Assembly (NCBI GenBank): GCA_040954595.2
Contig: CM082585.2
Span: 7,341,808 to 7,405,807 of the forward strand
Reading direction: 5' to 3'
From: Balanoglossus misakiensis
Taxonomy: Eukaryota; Animalia; Hemichordata
Length of the DNA stretch: 64,000 nucleotides
Below are positions 13,498-28,600 of the stretch, one piece after another (within the stretch, counting starts at the first letter, position 1; each line of letters begins with the position of its first letter). The notes beneath the pieces were generated by a model. The model had not been told where the DNA came from, made no database searches, and saw nothing but the letters and a program-made list of their open reading frames with translations. The translations under genes were made by a program, and so were the position numbers.

Positions 13498-16400
13498 GAG
13501 ATGCATTCAAGTTACAAAGCTAATCCCTGACAGCATCAATCGATGACACTGCTGTAATTGTATAGTAATCATGTAATCTAAGAGAGACAAATATATGAAC
13601 AACCTTTCTCTGCTGTAGATGGGGTCTCTGCTTCATCAATCAATTTCAATGCTGAGTGATAAATGCTGTCGTCAGATGCCATTGAGACGAAGTTAACTGA
13701 CGCCTGTTTCGGCATTCAAACCCTTAACTGCATACTTTTTTGTGTCGGCCATTATTCATACAACCAAAGTGTGAAAACCTTGCACCAAGACAAAAGTGAG
13801 TTACATGTTGATAGAAATATACAACAATGAGAAAAAGAATTTGTTTTGTTGCCCTCTTTAATTTGCACAGCGTCTACAAAGGATGCGCTGGCTTCAGACG
13901 CATTCCTGGCCGACGCTCATTAATCCGGAATATGAATATTCAAATTTATAGCCTGAATAAATCACACTTCTTGTTGTTAAAAGTTCAAAAGATTAGAGCG
14001 GACTTTACGCTAACAGTGGGAACTTTGCAACACACTGTGTCGGTTTGAAAGGAAATTATTTGACTGCGTGCAGGCCAGTGGCATATCAACGTGTACTGGT
14101 ATAGGCATGATATTCAAGCATTGAATTGCGTTGGACAGTATATGCCAGCAGTGTTGGCTGACTTTTCTTGACAGAGGTGGATCCAGCCGGCCACCCCTAT
14201 ATTGTGTGATAACCCCATTGTGTTCGAAAGGCATGGCAGGATTCATAGACTATAAATAGGGGTGTTTTGTGGGGTAGACTAGAGATTCTTTTTCTTTACT
14301 GCTGTCCGTTTTTAGCCTGATAAAAGTGACACTGACTACTTTCTTAATGTACAGCAGTTGTGAGTTGATTTTGACTTAAAGAAACCCCCAGGGCTTTTTT
14401 ATGTATGCCACTGTTAAGGTGTAGACTCAATCACCAAGGAACAAGAAGCTTACATCGTTAAACTAACAAGCCTGCCCGGGTAGGTTACCCATAGAGGGAT
14501 ACAAAAATGACTTTGCAAACTTTTCCTTTCTATAGCACACAAAATTCTGTATGAGAAACAAGGCAGGGTTGCCACTTTTTCGTTTGTCGGTGAAAACTGA
14601 TTTTTTTATGGTTATAATCAAACTTTAAGCTAAAACACACATTAAAGATTCCGGTGGAAAAGCTTAAGCACAGCTATAGATTTGGTTCTTGATAAAAAAT
14701 GCAGATTTGAAAAAAATATATATGTATTGCACACAGCTCTTGTAGGCAGAGGTATTAACTTCACAGCAGTTGACAGTCAATTCAGAGTACTTCTATCACG
14801 GATCATTAAGTTTTATTTCTGATCTAATCCTGCGGTGGAAATTGCTAATATGAAATTGAAAATGAGCTTCAGTCTTTCGTTATTACGAGGAATCTCTGAA
14901 TGGATAAAGAGTTACGGTCATGCATAAACATGAGAGAGTTGGCTGCGTGAGCACTGATCTTGTAGCGAAGGCGGAAAAAAAAAAAACGTTTCGGAATTTC
15001 AACGGGGATGAAAAAAAGAAACAATATTTGTGAAATAGAAACTTACAGTAAACCGAGCAGAAATTCCAATCGGTAGATTCTGATGGTGAAGGTCAGCGTA
15101 TGGTAGCTAGTTCACTGTAGGACGATTAGTGTCAATACATTGGTGATAGTTAAACTTGCGTGTTATCCATGCAGTACCTCACACTGGCAACTGCAAAACA
15201 TCTTCCTATCACGACCAACTCAATTACCATCACAATGGCGCGGACTGATCCACTGCGTTGAGGGGGGTGACAGGGGGCGGTGTTCGGTCTCCTGGCAAAA
15301 AGGAAACTGTATCGAGCTACTCTTGTTTTCAGTGGCAGTGTTTTCGAGTTCGGTGAAGAAATTGTGTCTCGTGCCAGAGTCTGTGTCATGCTTGCAAATC
15401 CATAGAGATCAGCACAGAGTTTATACTTTTCAGCTGTCGTGAAAATCTGAATTCTCGTATTTCAAACCGCAGATTCCTGAAATAATTCTCTCTGTGACAA
15501 CCTAATTATAGTGCAAATTATTCCAAATTATGTTACTGGTAATTCTAATAATATAGATGAAAACCTTTGAAGGGAAACCTGTCTTGAAGGAGGAACGTGA
15601 GACATGGCAATGGATTTGAAACCCTGAACAGAACAGAATGACTTCCCGACAAACCAACATGGCCTTTCGCCCCAAGTTTTGAATTTCATTATATCGACGA
15701 TAAAGTCAGACTTATGCCTTATAGAAGCTATCAAACTGACACAGTTATTAAAACCGTCATTCTCATGAATTGGTGGGAATGGAGTGCCATGGATGTGATC
15801 ATTGTTGACTCACAAATGCGCTTGGAATTTTCTATCCGACTTCAAAACAGTCAGGCTGGCTTCAAAACAAGGACAATTCTATTCGTTAAAACATGATTTA
15901 ATTGGAGCATTGTTAATTCATTTTTGTGATTCAATGTTATCATCCAAAAGTCAGCCCTGACGCGAATTTTGTGATGTTTATTTTTTCTGACGGCTGATAT
16001 CATGTAGTGTCGACATTTTTTTTTAAATTTCAGTAATTTTCGTGAGGCTGCCCTGCACAGCCGGTGTGTTATTATGCAAACCGTGCGTGGTACAGTCACT
16101 CCTGCACGTTTCACAATGTTTCGCGGTCGGGGGACAAAAGAAACACGTGGTTAGAATCTCCCTATTGCGCACACTCAATTGACGTAGCCGGAAGTCCGAC
16201 TGAGGAAGGCTGGGAATATTGTCTCAATTTACAAATCATGGCAATTTGAAAATCAACAATTTTAGATGTCCTGTTTTTTGGATGAATGGATTTTCCTGTG
16301 TTATTGCTTTTATGGATGACGTTAACATACAGGTTTCAATGACAGACTAGACAGAAAGAGGAAAAATGAAAAAAAAAGTACTTCCCATGTCTAAATATGC

Positions 16401-18816
16401 AAGTCAGGATTTTTCAGTAGTGTAAAACTTTTACAAATGTCAGAGACAATGTGGTGGTACCAAATAGGAGTATTTACAGGGGTGATGTCTAAGAGGAGGA
16501 TGGGACCTTTGTATGGGATCTGTCTGATCTGTCCCCACCCCCACCCCCATCTATGAAAATGTTATCACCCAAATTGCAAAATTCTTACATAGGAATACCA
16601 AAGTCCACCAATGCCTGTGTTAGTGGATTAAGTCTAGATGTCTAGATGGAGACAGGGATCTCTCATGAAAGAACTGTTCATACTTAGTGGACACACTCTT
16701 GCAGAATTTCAGGTGGAAAACTGCACAGACTTGTGCAATGCAAGGAACACTAGAAACAGGATTTTTCAAGAAGTTAGCTCGGGAGAAACAGGGCCCTCTG
16801 TGGAATAGATACACCACTTGACTAACGAGGGCTGCGCCTACACCAGTGCTTGCCACTCGGAATCACAATCAGTCGCAGTTAATCAACGGCTGCATCGCAG
16901 CGGCTACCCTGGGGGTGAAGACAGAGGTCTTCAATTCACCCAGACACCGTTTCTGCTGTCCCAGGTGCACGAGCGCTGTTAGACGCCTTAACAGCTCACG
17001 ATTAACTGCACAGAAAGTATAATGATCGCACGAAGTCGTAAATCAGGACTTGGCCTGGGGGTGCAGACAAAGCCTGCCCCTTGTACAATTCTGATGAATG
17101 TGATTATGACTGTCACGGATTATATAATCAAATAAAATTTTGCAATTTTAATTTTATGATCAAATGTTTCCTGAAGAAGTACATTATTTCCAGGTGTGGT
17201 TTCCTGGGATGTAAAAAAATTCCCGCTAAATTCGGCTCTGCCGAAAATGCAGTTTGGAAGTGGTTTGATCAAAATGGCTGCAGACTGCAATCAGTTCAAT
17301 AACAAGTTTAGTATTATTGCTGGTAGGAGCCTCTTTTCACGGGACACAACTGAACCCTGCCCCGCCCCCTTAATCATTTTGATATGAATGGGCATCCGTC
17401 TCTGTATGGTTAGTTGCATGCCCCCCCCCCCCCCCCCTAGATGTTCAATCATTCCCCTTCTAGTTGAGGCCCGTGTTGCAACCATCATTACCCTGTCCCA
17501 CCTCAATCACCCCCCCCCCCTTCCTCATTCATCAGCATCACCCTGGAGTCTCCCTTCCCCCCTGCATACCAACCAACCAACCCCCAGCACCCCTCCCCCC
17601 TCACTACCCGGCCCACTACTCTATCTCTGTCTGTGCGTTGGGAATTTGACTGAAGTTCTATCATTTCCTGAAATAATTAATGACCGTATTTATCAAACTG
17701 AAACACATGCTAGCAATTTGTCTAGTTGCAAATAAGAGCATATGGCGGTGACTTAAAAATCCAACCATAGATTAATCATTCTCTGAATGGTATTTCCTTT
17801 TTTTTTTAAACCAAAGTCTTCTGTCCTCACTGTAACAAAAGGAAAGGAACAGAATTTGTCTTGCTTTTCTTGAGTTGCTAATCAAAAAGAGGCAACCAGG
17901 CTCCAATATGTGTCGTTGAAGATATACAGTTACCTGCAGACAGATAGCTTTAATTGTGATTTGGAGAGCCAATTATAACTGTCAACTAACCCCTGGAGTC
18001 AAATAGTTTGAACACCTGCCCTCAAGATAGCAACTGAAAGATAACTGTAAAGCATACCTGTTCCTAGTTAAATGCGAGGACTTTTTCTGCGTAGCACAGA
18101 TTTAAATTGCCACCAGTTGTTCAGAAAGCTTGCCGTTTCCGAGCTATTCTGCGTGCCCGCATTCATGCGATCACGGACAAAACAGCTATAGTATTGAAAT
18201 CACGGAATGCACTAACAAAGAGGACATCCCCTCTCATTTCGGAACAATAATATCCAAATGAATATTTATATCAGATCAGATTTCAGGGTCCTGGGTTTGT
18301 TTAATTGCTTGCATAACTTCATGTAAGTTTTTTGAAAATAATCCCCGGCTGAATTTCAGCGTGGAAATTCTTGACTGGGTAATTGAATAACCGTTGTAAT
18401 GAATCAAGCAGTGTGACTCTAATAGAGTGCATTCTGGTTTGCTTTTTATATGTAAATGCCGTTCTGGGAGCTCTGCTCTGGCTGTTCAGAGTGCATTGCC
18501 TTTGTAGTTTATGACAATTTTAAGCCGTAAACAGTCCCTGAACTCAGATACAGTATTGGGTGTAGAGGATTAGACATCATCTGGTCTGCGGTATTGTGAA
18601 CTGTACAATTATAACCATGTTGACTACAGTAGATATTAAAGTATTGGTAGTTGGTAGTTCAGGCAACGGTGCTAGACTATGTACAGCCCACACACGGTTG
18701 TAGGCATGGTTATACTACAGCGAGAGGACTGGTCAGAAGTTGGCCACAATTGGCCATGCAGGTCTCAGACCCTGTTTTGGCCAATATGACTATTGGCTGT
18801 ACAAGCAAGACTTTAA

Positions 18817-18900
18817 CCCTTTCACCCCAGTGTCCTCTTAAGAGGTCCAACCTTACCGTAGAAAACAATGGATTTGGACTGAACCATGGTGGTGAAAGGG
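18817..18900 (-). mobile_element. piggyBac-like MITE, same family, opposite orientation
   Basis: TTAA at 18813-18816 and 18901-18904, same TIR; the interior aligns to the reverse complement of the 37439 copy. Confidence 0.8.
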
Positions 18901-21900
18901 TTAAATATAGAAAAACGGCCAATTCTGATATGGCCAAACAAGACTTGGTAATGACCATGCATGCTCAGGTTGGTACAAGGCTAATCTACCATAGCTTTTA
19001 ATATCCATGGTCATTTCTTCACTATACATGTAAATTAAAGTATTTAGGAAAGGACAGTGGATGACAAATGATTGCCAGACATATCTGTATGTATTACAAG
19101 TGTGCACACAGCCATAAGTCTCTCCCTTGGTGGATGTACTGTGCCACAACAATCTTGCCCCCATACTTGTCTAAGATATGACCTCAATACCAGGATTTCT
19201 CTTGGTCTAGTTTTATTCTTAGCTTTTATGGCCTTCAGTGTCAAAGCCCTTTGTTGCATTCAAACCATCTGACGTAACTCCATCGAATGAGCTGGTCGCC
19301 AATCAGCGAGTAATTCCTCGTGGCAAAGGTGACTGACCAGATGTACCTTGTTTTGTTTGTCTTTGGTACAGGTCACCATTAATTGGGTCATCATTGAGGA
19401 GTTCCCTTAAAAAAAATCAAACCTTTGCAGTCATTTGGGGCACAACGTAGGGCACATTGGTCAAATCGAGTGAATATACAAATCAAAAGTGAATGCCAAG
19501 CGAAACGGTTCATTGTATGTACGCACAATAATTCACACGTTGCAATTTTCACACACGGCTGTTTGAAATTCAGATCAGATTTTTCTCGTATTTGTATCAG
19601 AAGTTCAGAGATGAAGCGACCTAAACTGACCAATTTATTCAGTGTACAAGCTGCGTGACATGAAACTATAATTGTTTTAAACCCCCAAAAATCAATAAAT
19701 CATCAAGATCAGCTGTGTAAGCGTGGTGTAAGTGAGCTAATTAGCTTGATACCGAAGAGAATATCGTGTTAGTTCATCGACAGTATTTTTAGCTCAATAT
19801 AATTACATTGACAAGTTTATTGTAGATGACCTTTTCAAAATTAGAAAATGTACCAAAAATGGATTAGCTTAAATTTATACTAGTTGTCAATTTCATTCTT
19901 GTATTCTCATGAGATAGTACAATTTATGTTGTGTCATTCTGCTAAAGTTAAGGTGCGGAATTTATAATCAAGCAGAGGTTATCACCATCCTTAGAACTGT
20001 GCCTTCATGTTTTTTGTTCATAAACAAGTAGTTTCGTCTGCAGGGTTTTGAAGGCCAGACTTACCATGGAAAGTCGACATCTAGCTAATCACTGATTTTC
20101 CATAGACTTACAAAATTACCCTATGAGATCTCGCATGGCTAGACAGTTTTTATGGGAGGACATTCTTCTGTGACACTAGGACAAATGACATGACAAATCA
20201 TGTTTAACGACACGACAAACATTATTTACCTGTACATATTTGTGCATTCGGTCATAAAACATATCACCTTAATGTGTATAAACACTCAGCCTCCGCTGAA
20301 CCAACAAAACCCCAATTGCTATTATATTCCTGTTATTAGCTCCATACATGTAATTATAGGGACATCAATATCCCCCTGCATGCATAGACTTGATTGTTGG
20401 TGTACTCGTAACAATAGAATGGCTAATCATAATACCTCGTTGATTGAACAAAATATTTTTCACACATTCCTCTTATGAAACGGGGGACTTGGCAAAAAAA
20501 GACTAACAGTTACATTATTTGATTTCTCCCACGGGGGTTATTGATGCTGCAAGTTGATGCAATGGTTCATTGGATACACAGTTACGGACGTATGGAATAA
20601 ACTGCACTGAATTCAGATTGCTTTTAATTCAGAAATGAAGCCAATTTGACACTGGTGTTAATGTCCAAAGACATCCGTAGACTCTGTTAGAATCGCTTTC
20701 AAAGATGACAATATGCTAGAGTTAGCTTGGATACTGCTGTAACAGAATTTTCAGCTGCGAGCTGCACTCACATCTCGGCTGCGTGCATGGCAACGTTGGT
20801 GTCCATGGAGACAAGACGTGCACCTGTTGAGAAATGCTCAGGGCAGTGTTAAAAGTACCATGTCGGTTCATCCAAGCAAACAGGGAGGAACCATCTGGTG
20901 CGGCGCGTAATTTATCACCTACCCCCCTCAGAAAAAAAAAAATCCAGCAGCAATGCTACTGGCATCATGATTCATCCGTGTGCGAGTAAACATTTGTATT
21001 CGTAGGTGGAGGGGCGCTGTAAACCGTCGGCGCTTGGGTATTTTTCACCTTGGTTGCCAGTTTGCGGTTTGCCGTCTCGCGAGCAGGTGTTCCGCGGGTG
21101 TGGATTGGATGCCCTGGCAGTGTGAAGCGTTTTCATGTCTAGCCACATTTGCGAGTCCTCAAGGGGGGATATCGAGTAGCCCCGCAAAGTGCTTGTGGCC
21201 GAGGCTTTTATAGTGGACGCACCAAGCCCGGCCTTGCGGCACTGCCTGGTGTTTTATCACCTTCAAGTGGGAGGAGAGGTGTCCTCAAAATATAAACAGG
21301 AGATGTTCAAACCAGTTTTTTTTGCAGTCGCCGCTCCGGATAACCCTCGCAGAGCCTGGGAGACAAGTGTTTTACAAACAGCGGTGTGCCGCACCAGTCA
21401 ATTAACTTTTCGACGGAATTTGAGATTCAGACCTCCGGGCAAGGCAGGCAGTTACAACCCAACAGTGCCAACTGGCAACAGTCGATGAGTGACTACCTCG
21501 ATCTTCACTACTGCGCTTTTAGTTGGATTTCATCACAGTTGCTTCATCATATGCTGGGGCAAATTGTCTTATTTTTCGTGTCATTTTTAGTCGCATGCTA
21601 CTCGGGGAAAAAGGGTGAGAGATGTATTACACAGTGAAAGGTACTACGTTGTTAGGGATGCAAATTAAGCCTTGGTTACCAAGACCAAAATATTGATGAA
21701 ATCATCAAAATTTACAGCTTCTGACCCTGTAGGAAATCAGTGTCACTGGGTTAAAAATCACATGATGTATCTTCATGTCATGTCATGTCATGTATAAACT
21801 AGTCAATAATGAGATTATCAGATGTTATCATTGATAAAAAGAATAAACAAAAAGATGACCCATATAAAATCTCTTGATGAATGTTTGGACAAATAGGTGT

Positions 21901-23002
21901 CCACTCAGCAGAGGGAATTTTTTACAGCTACCCTGAACACCAAACAATGTCAGCTTGTAGAGGTATAATTTATAGTAAATATTGCGGAACGCTTTTACAA
22001 AAGTCAGTGTATGTGTGTAATATCACAGTGTGATTTGCATAAGGATAGATTTAATCTATTACTTAGGAACATGACAGGGTATCTATACCTGGAACAAATG
22101 CCTGTTGATTAGCACATGTGGTATTAGAGACACGATGCGATAGTTGTCTATTGACTATCTTTTCAAAGATTGTCGACAGACAAGGTAATAGGGAAATCAA
22201 TCCATAATCATTTTCTGGTATTTCACTATTGTTGGCTGATATCCAAATATCAGATACTGATCATCTTTAAATAGTGGCTTTAAAACAATACATTACAATT
22301 GAAATGTATGCGTTTAAAAAAAATGCGTAGTCCCTAATACTTAAATCATGATTTAAAAAGATGCAATCGCCTGAATTTGTGAAATTGCCAGTTTTAATGT
22401 CCGATAATGGGGAAAAATATAAAGGTTAGTGATATAATAGTTTTTAGGAATGCGAGTCACATTGAAAATAAATGTCTTCTTTTTGTACAAAACTAATCCG
22501 TAAATGTTTATTGTGATCCATCCTTGGTGGAAAACAAGAATACATTAAACTTAATCGCTGACAGCAGTTTGTGTGATACCAATCCATTAGAGGATTAAAT
22601 GCTGACGACAGTTAATCTATTCAGCAATGTGTTTGAAAGCTATTTTTTTTAAAAACTTGGAAATGGCGTTTTCATCCAGCCTTGAACTTATCGCCAATGC
22701 GAGTTGTTTACCTGTTGTAGTTTGAGTGACAATTCCTATCTGTTGCTTGATACACCCACAGGTCTAGGAAAGAGCTAAGCCATGAGGGAATTGAAAGGTG
22801 AAAAAGTATTCGTTTGACGGAATGAACTGAATTCAAACGCTATTAGTGTACTGCAAATGTTTCAGGTTTTTTTTTTGCAAATTTGATGAGGTGTAGAAAT
22901 ATGTGAAAAATAAATCAATAGTTCAGAATTAGCCCTGCATGAACATCAACTCTCTACTAATCACACACTCCTAATATGAAAAATGGCTAAAAATGTACTT
23001 AA

Positions 23003-23268
23003 AGGGACATGGTCGTACCAGTTGCGGTTGCAGGTATGAGTCCCATAGGACAGTTGCTGGCAAGTCGAAACACATGTAGGTGCAAATTGTAACTGTACAT
23101 CATTGCAAATAATGTGCTGTCAAGCTATGCATCATTTCAAACAATGAGCTTTTACTTTTTCCGTTTACTACATGTATGTGTGGAGACCTCAGAGTTTTCC
23201 AAGCAATATTGATGACTTGTTCATAAACAGAGAAGCCACAAATGGGTAGTTCAGATGACTGTTTCCCT
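23003..23268. mobile_element. Kolobok-like MITE
   Basis: TTAA|AGGGACATGGTC ... GACTGTTTCCCT|TTAA; 9/12 TIR match, TTAA duplication, AG...CT termini. Confidence 0.5.
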
Positions 23269-23622
23269 TTAAATAAGACTTCAAATATTTGATGAAAACT
23301 TGGATGGAAAGAACATGGATCAGTTCAGCACAACAATGTGACATCAAGAAAATTTCACAATTCACAGTATTATTTACATCGCCTGTTTTGCTTAACTGAT
23401 AACCACAGCCACTAATGAACTAATTTGTCGTCTTTGGTAAATACAAGCTAAGGGGCAACATTTCTCAGGAAGTGCGTCCTTGATGTGTAATGACACTATT
23501 GCTGGAAAACAAGCTTTTACTGCTAGGAGTTTACAGCGTTAGGGGATTGCCGGTCTTATCGGCTCATCAGTTGACGTCTGTAGGGTTGTAGTCACGTGTA
23601 CATTAAGTTACTTGCTTACTTG

Positions 23623-23834
23623 TTCATTCATTCATTCATTTGTTTATTCATTCGTTCATTCATTCATTCATTCGCTCACTCACTCATGAACTCATTCACT
23701 CACTCATTCATTGGATTGTTTGATCATTCAATCACTCACTCACTCATTTATCACTCCATCCATCCATCCATCCATCCATCCATCCATCCAGTCATTCATT
23801 CATTCAGTCAGTCAGTCAGTCAGTCAGTCAGTCA
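23623..23834. repeat. Compound tetranucleotide microsatellite (TTCA/CTCA/TCCA/GTCA)n
   Basis: Read directly; the unit drifts along the array. Confidence 0.93.
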
Positions 23835-25520
23835 AAAAAGGTGCAGATTAAATTCAAATATCATTGGCAGACAGTTTAACTGACTTTCTTTTTTATGTTT
23901 AAATGACATTGAACTGAAATGAATTTTTGTGGCCCACAGATGTAGGCATAGGTGTGTGCTCATTCTGAGATGGCTCATGCAGGATCAGTGAATGAAGCCA
24001 TTGACTTTACGACTGTGATAAAAATTAGTAGGTACAAAATACCCAAATAGCAGCGTTTGTGCGTAGATTGGCCACCGAGGTGAAATAGACATGGATGGAG
24101 TGGATCGTTTGTGCCAGGAATGCTCCGGTTAGTTAATGATAGTCGATCTGTTGGGAACGGACAAGTGGCTGAAAACATGTTGGCTTCATTAAAGTCCCTC
24201 CTGAGGGACACATACAGTTAAATCTTTGGAGACAGCTGAGAAAAAAAAAGTTAAGCTCCCCTCCCAGTATTACAATGACACAGGCTCGTAAAGACGGGAA
24301 AGTCCCGTTCTGATGTGTGCTAACCGTTTGTGCATTGCATTACAGCAGCAAGGCTATTAGTTGGTTTCCCGCCGTATTTGAGGTATGGTTATTTGAATCG
24401 CCGCAAATCGGATCAGGGTGAATGAAACATGGGGGTTGGTGAGCTCAGACAGCTTTAGCGTGGGTTAATTTTGACAGACTGGCGGAACATCGGCGATTAT
24501 CCAATAGACGGTGAAATGTCGAGGATTAGCCGATAGGAAAGTGATAATTGGAGGGACGAGCGCCGTGAACAAGAAGTCGCAATGCCGCAACTTCATATAG
24601 AATATGCACGCACGTCTTCCTGACTGAAAAGGTGGCTTTATTATTTGTTTACAGCCGTCACTTTTTTTTAAGATGACGTTAATTGGTGATAGCTGTGACA
24701 GCAGGCAGTTTTGTCCGCTGGTGTACTGGTGTGTATTCAGGGCTCACGGTGAATGAAGTGAAATTCAAAAATGACTGTGTGCGGACGAGTGATTATACAG
24801 CTACTTGTTGTGTGACTGGGCTCTGTGTGATGCCTTTGTGGTGCGACTGACAAGATCTAGAATCTGCTTAACATCATTGATGTCAAATTATTATATAAAA
24901 CATTTGCAGTACTTTGGAAACTGCTCTTATACTCAAATGAAAGTCTTACTCTAAAAATCTGAAGAACCAAACATTTTCACTTGTACCTATTCTTTTCTAT
25001 TGGCTTGGAGAGCCTACTTTTGTTTGTCCGTATAAGGGCATGTAGGTACTCCCTTTTATCTTGCCTAGGGAGTCTTTAAAGTGGTCTACTTACTGAAACT
25101 ACCCAGATTGACTTCTTGTCAAAGCTATAATAGATATCCCTATAAATTAATATTAATGTCTACATTCAGTAATGAAAAATTATCACAAAAAAGCAATTTT
25201 AGAAAACAAATATCATCTTGGCTTTATTTTCCCATTCAAGATGGTCTCTTTGTGTTTTTATAGTTGATGTACCATGGAGATTATTGAAATCCTAAAATTG
25301 GACAAATTTATGATTATTTCTAATAATTTACGAATACATCAATACCCCTGTATTACAAGAGGTCAAGCTGGTATCCGATTACACTGAATCAGTGCTGTAA
25401 ATTGTCCTGAAATAGAAAAAGTGTAATTTTCGTATTCTTGGATGCGAGTGTTTCCTCAGAGTGGAACTATAATAAAGTCAGCAATAAACAATGAAACTTG
25501 ATTTTTGTTTTCCTTCTCAG

Positions 25521-25635
25521 GACTCCAGAGCAGTGTCCCAGTGTGGTGTCATTACTGTCTGAGAGTTACAATCCCCATGTTCGTTATGGAGCTGCCATGG
25601 CCTTGGGTATCGCCTGCGCCGGAACAGGAAACAAG
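25521..25635 (+). CDS. PSMD1: PSMD1/Rpn2 internal exon (R)[40 protein letters not shown]-repeat region
   Basis: Acceptor tttccttctcag|G and donor AAG|gtaacc; 115 nt (1 base + 38 codons). Peptide is nearly identical to vertebrate PSMD1 as recalled. Confidence 0.97.
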
Positions 25636-28600
25636 GTAACCGTCACACATCATAATTATTGCTCAAATTCTACATATTTCCGATAGGCAGCTATGTGCAT
25701 GTATGTTTACTATTCAGGTTGCAAATGGTGCCAACTGATTTCGATTGTCACCGAACAATGTACGAATTGACCATGAACGTCACATATCTGTGCCATGACC
25801 GCCACGTATATATGCCAATATGAACTAAACATCGCTAATATATACACTATCAGATATACAAAAGATTACATTATTGAATTTAGCAACGCCAACGTTTTTA
25901 TCTGAAGTAATTTAACACTGAACTTGTGTGAACTTTGCTAACCGAATTCACAATTCACCTTGTTTGACCTGCTAATTGGTAATGTTATCTGGGAAGTGTC
26001 TGTCCCCATCTATTAAAAGATTTCCAAAATACCTGAAACGTTAGCTACGCATCTAACATTACTGAAATTGATTCAAAGGGTCTGTGAACTTGAATTTGAA
26101 AGGTACGAATTTCACGCCGAATTAGGCAGCAGCATGTTCTGATGAAACGCACACATGTAACACTCACAGCGTGGTTGGAATTTTTAGCCGCCCTCATGCG
26201 CTGTGTTTAACAGAGAGAGAATTTTGGTCTGAGCGCTTCGGCCAATACGAGGCTGTACAAAGTAGAAACAAGGTACGGCCAAACGGAATGGTCACATTAG
26301 CTGTTGTATATGTTTACCGACAAACGTATGGGTTTTTTGGCACTTTTGTCAGTTTCATGTTGCAGTTGCAGGAAAAGACAGAGCGTCCATTAAATTAATA
26401 ACGACTGAAATTCCGCATTTGGGACAAAAATTTAATAGTTACCGCTGGGAAAATGAAATGAAGTTCATGGAAATCTATCCGAATGAGAGAAAATTGTTTG
26501 ATTTGCCTTGAAAGCATGGTTTTATCACCACTTGACACATATTGCGTCGTTTAATCTCGAAAAACATGCAAGTATTCCCAGTCAGGTCGTATTATTTTTA
26601 CCACTGTACGTGGAATGGCCTTGTGGTGCGTATTAACTGTTTCAATTCCAAAATGCCGCGTTTTAATTTAATTACAGTTTTAAGTGAAACCTTTCATTGT
26701 GAAATGGCCAGGCCACGAAATCAAATCATTTTTCTACACAAAGGTTCCAGTTTGTGCTTTTCCTCTGGTTTTTATTGAAGTGTTGTGAAGTAATGTTTGT
26801 GTCATGCAGTTTGGAGCGTAAATCACCGGACGACGAATTAATGGACGTGGCTTTGGACAGTGCGGTGACTTGTTTTTCATTTTTTACGTCGAGCAAACAT
26901 GAAATGAAGTGTCCTTGGCATTGTTCTGAGATTTGTAGTCATCAAAAATTTGAAACGCCACACTGTGGGAGGTTTTTGTTCACAAATCAAAAAACCAATC
27001 TATCATCTGACCTTGGCATTGTTCAAAGATTCGGGGCAATCAAAAACTAAAACATCGCGCTGTCGGGCGGGGTTTTGTTCACAAATAAAAAAAACCTAAT
27101 CATATATCTGACTGCAAAATTTGTGAATAAAATTTTATTGGGGACATTAGATTCTAACCTTGAACAAACTGCAAGATATGAATTTGGCATTTAAAACATT
27201 ACACGATCTCATACGAACTTTTAGTACGGTAAAGAAAATAATAATTCACACGCCAGAACAAGGAACTGAGATGGTGATGACCCTGGAAAGTGCACGCAAA
27301 GTACAACCTGGTGAGGTAAACCCAGTCCTCTACAGTGGCACGTGTAACCTTTCAGACAGCAGGTTTTGTCAATGTAGCGTCACCTGAACTCGTGATTTCT
27401 GATGATGAACGATTTTCAGACACCCTGCCTCCAATAAGAAGAAGAATATCAAATTCGACACATAAGTGGATTTTTTGTCAGTTCCCTTCAAGTGCCGGTA
27501 GTAAGTTTTTTTAATCAGTGAAAATGTCCGAGGCTGTTTTTATGTCGAATCACACTGCTGACGATCATCCGAATTCAGTCCAACCTTGGGGCATTTTTTT
27601 CTGACAATAAAATGGATGAGCTGGCTTTTGTTCCTGCTCAAATTACCGCGAGTTCACTGCGACCTCCAAGTGGTCTATTCAAATTAGCGAGCAGGCTTAT
27701 TTACTGCCTCTCTCGATCCCTCTGTACAAAAGCACCTGAAAAGTTCACCATGACACGAAAAAGCTCTTTTAATAAAACCAGAACAGAGATCGGATTCCCC
27801 AGAAGTAAAGTGGATACGTATTAAAGACTTAAAGTACAACTCCTATTAATAGAAGATGTTCACCAATTGTGTGTAATGTATCAAATGCTTGTTGAAGTGT
27901 GAGGTGTTTGTTAAATGTTCTGTGATTGGTCAATTGGTTTGTTATTATCAAAACCTTCTACGAATGACATATATGAATTGATTGATTATTAATAGTGAAA
28001 TTATTTTACACTTTGTGCCTAATTTGACTTTCTACCAACTGTGTGGTATGGGAGCTGTACCCTCAGCCACAGTTGGGAAGACTGCAGTCGCTGTGATTGG
28101 TGCAGAAGTTGCACCAATGGCGAGTTTTCTACCTGGTCGATCTCCGGTGATTATTTTTCTCCTCACTGATCACAGAGATTGGTAATTTTAGTAAATTGAG
28201 AAATGATTGTTTTGGCACGCATGGGATGGGTGGGACTTGACAGCTCTCGAAACAAGACGGTATTGGCAGTTTGATCAATTACAGCAACCACAGCAAGTGT
28301 GAATAAGGAATATTAATGCAATGTGAAAGCGCTGCCAATACTGGAGAAGTAGCAAGTTAAGTTTAGTAACGATAAACACACCAACCTCACAAGACACACA
28401 CCACAGCTGATTAAACTCCACGATTGTGATTGATGCAGAGACACTTCTGTCGACCGACTTCGTTTCTCTTCTGCAAATCTTTGCGCGCTCCCCCGATCAA
28501 TCAGCCCTGGCGGTCACCTCTCACCCCAAGTACGTTGATTACACAAATCACTTTCCGCCAGAAAAACATGTCATGTCCACTGACCATGGCCGTCAGCCGC

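Noticed and set aside
17388-17735. Proline-rich 115-aa ORF
   Set aside because: Arises from poly-C low-complexity runs.
1-25520. Nested serotonin receptor (HTR2-like) exons
   Set aside because: No transmembrane or DRY/CWxP/NPxxY-bearing segment was found in the ORF track or by eye; short exons cannot be fully excluded without tBLASTn.
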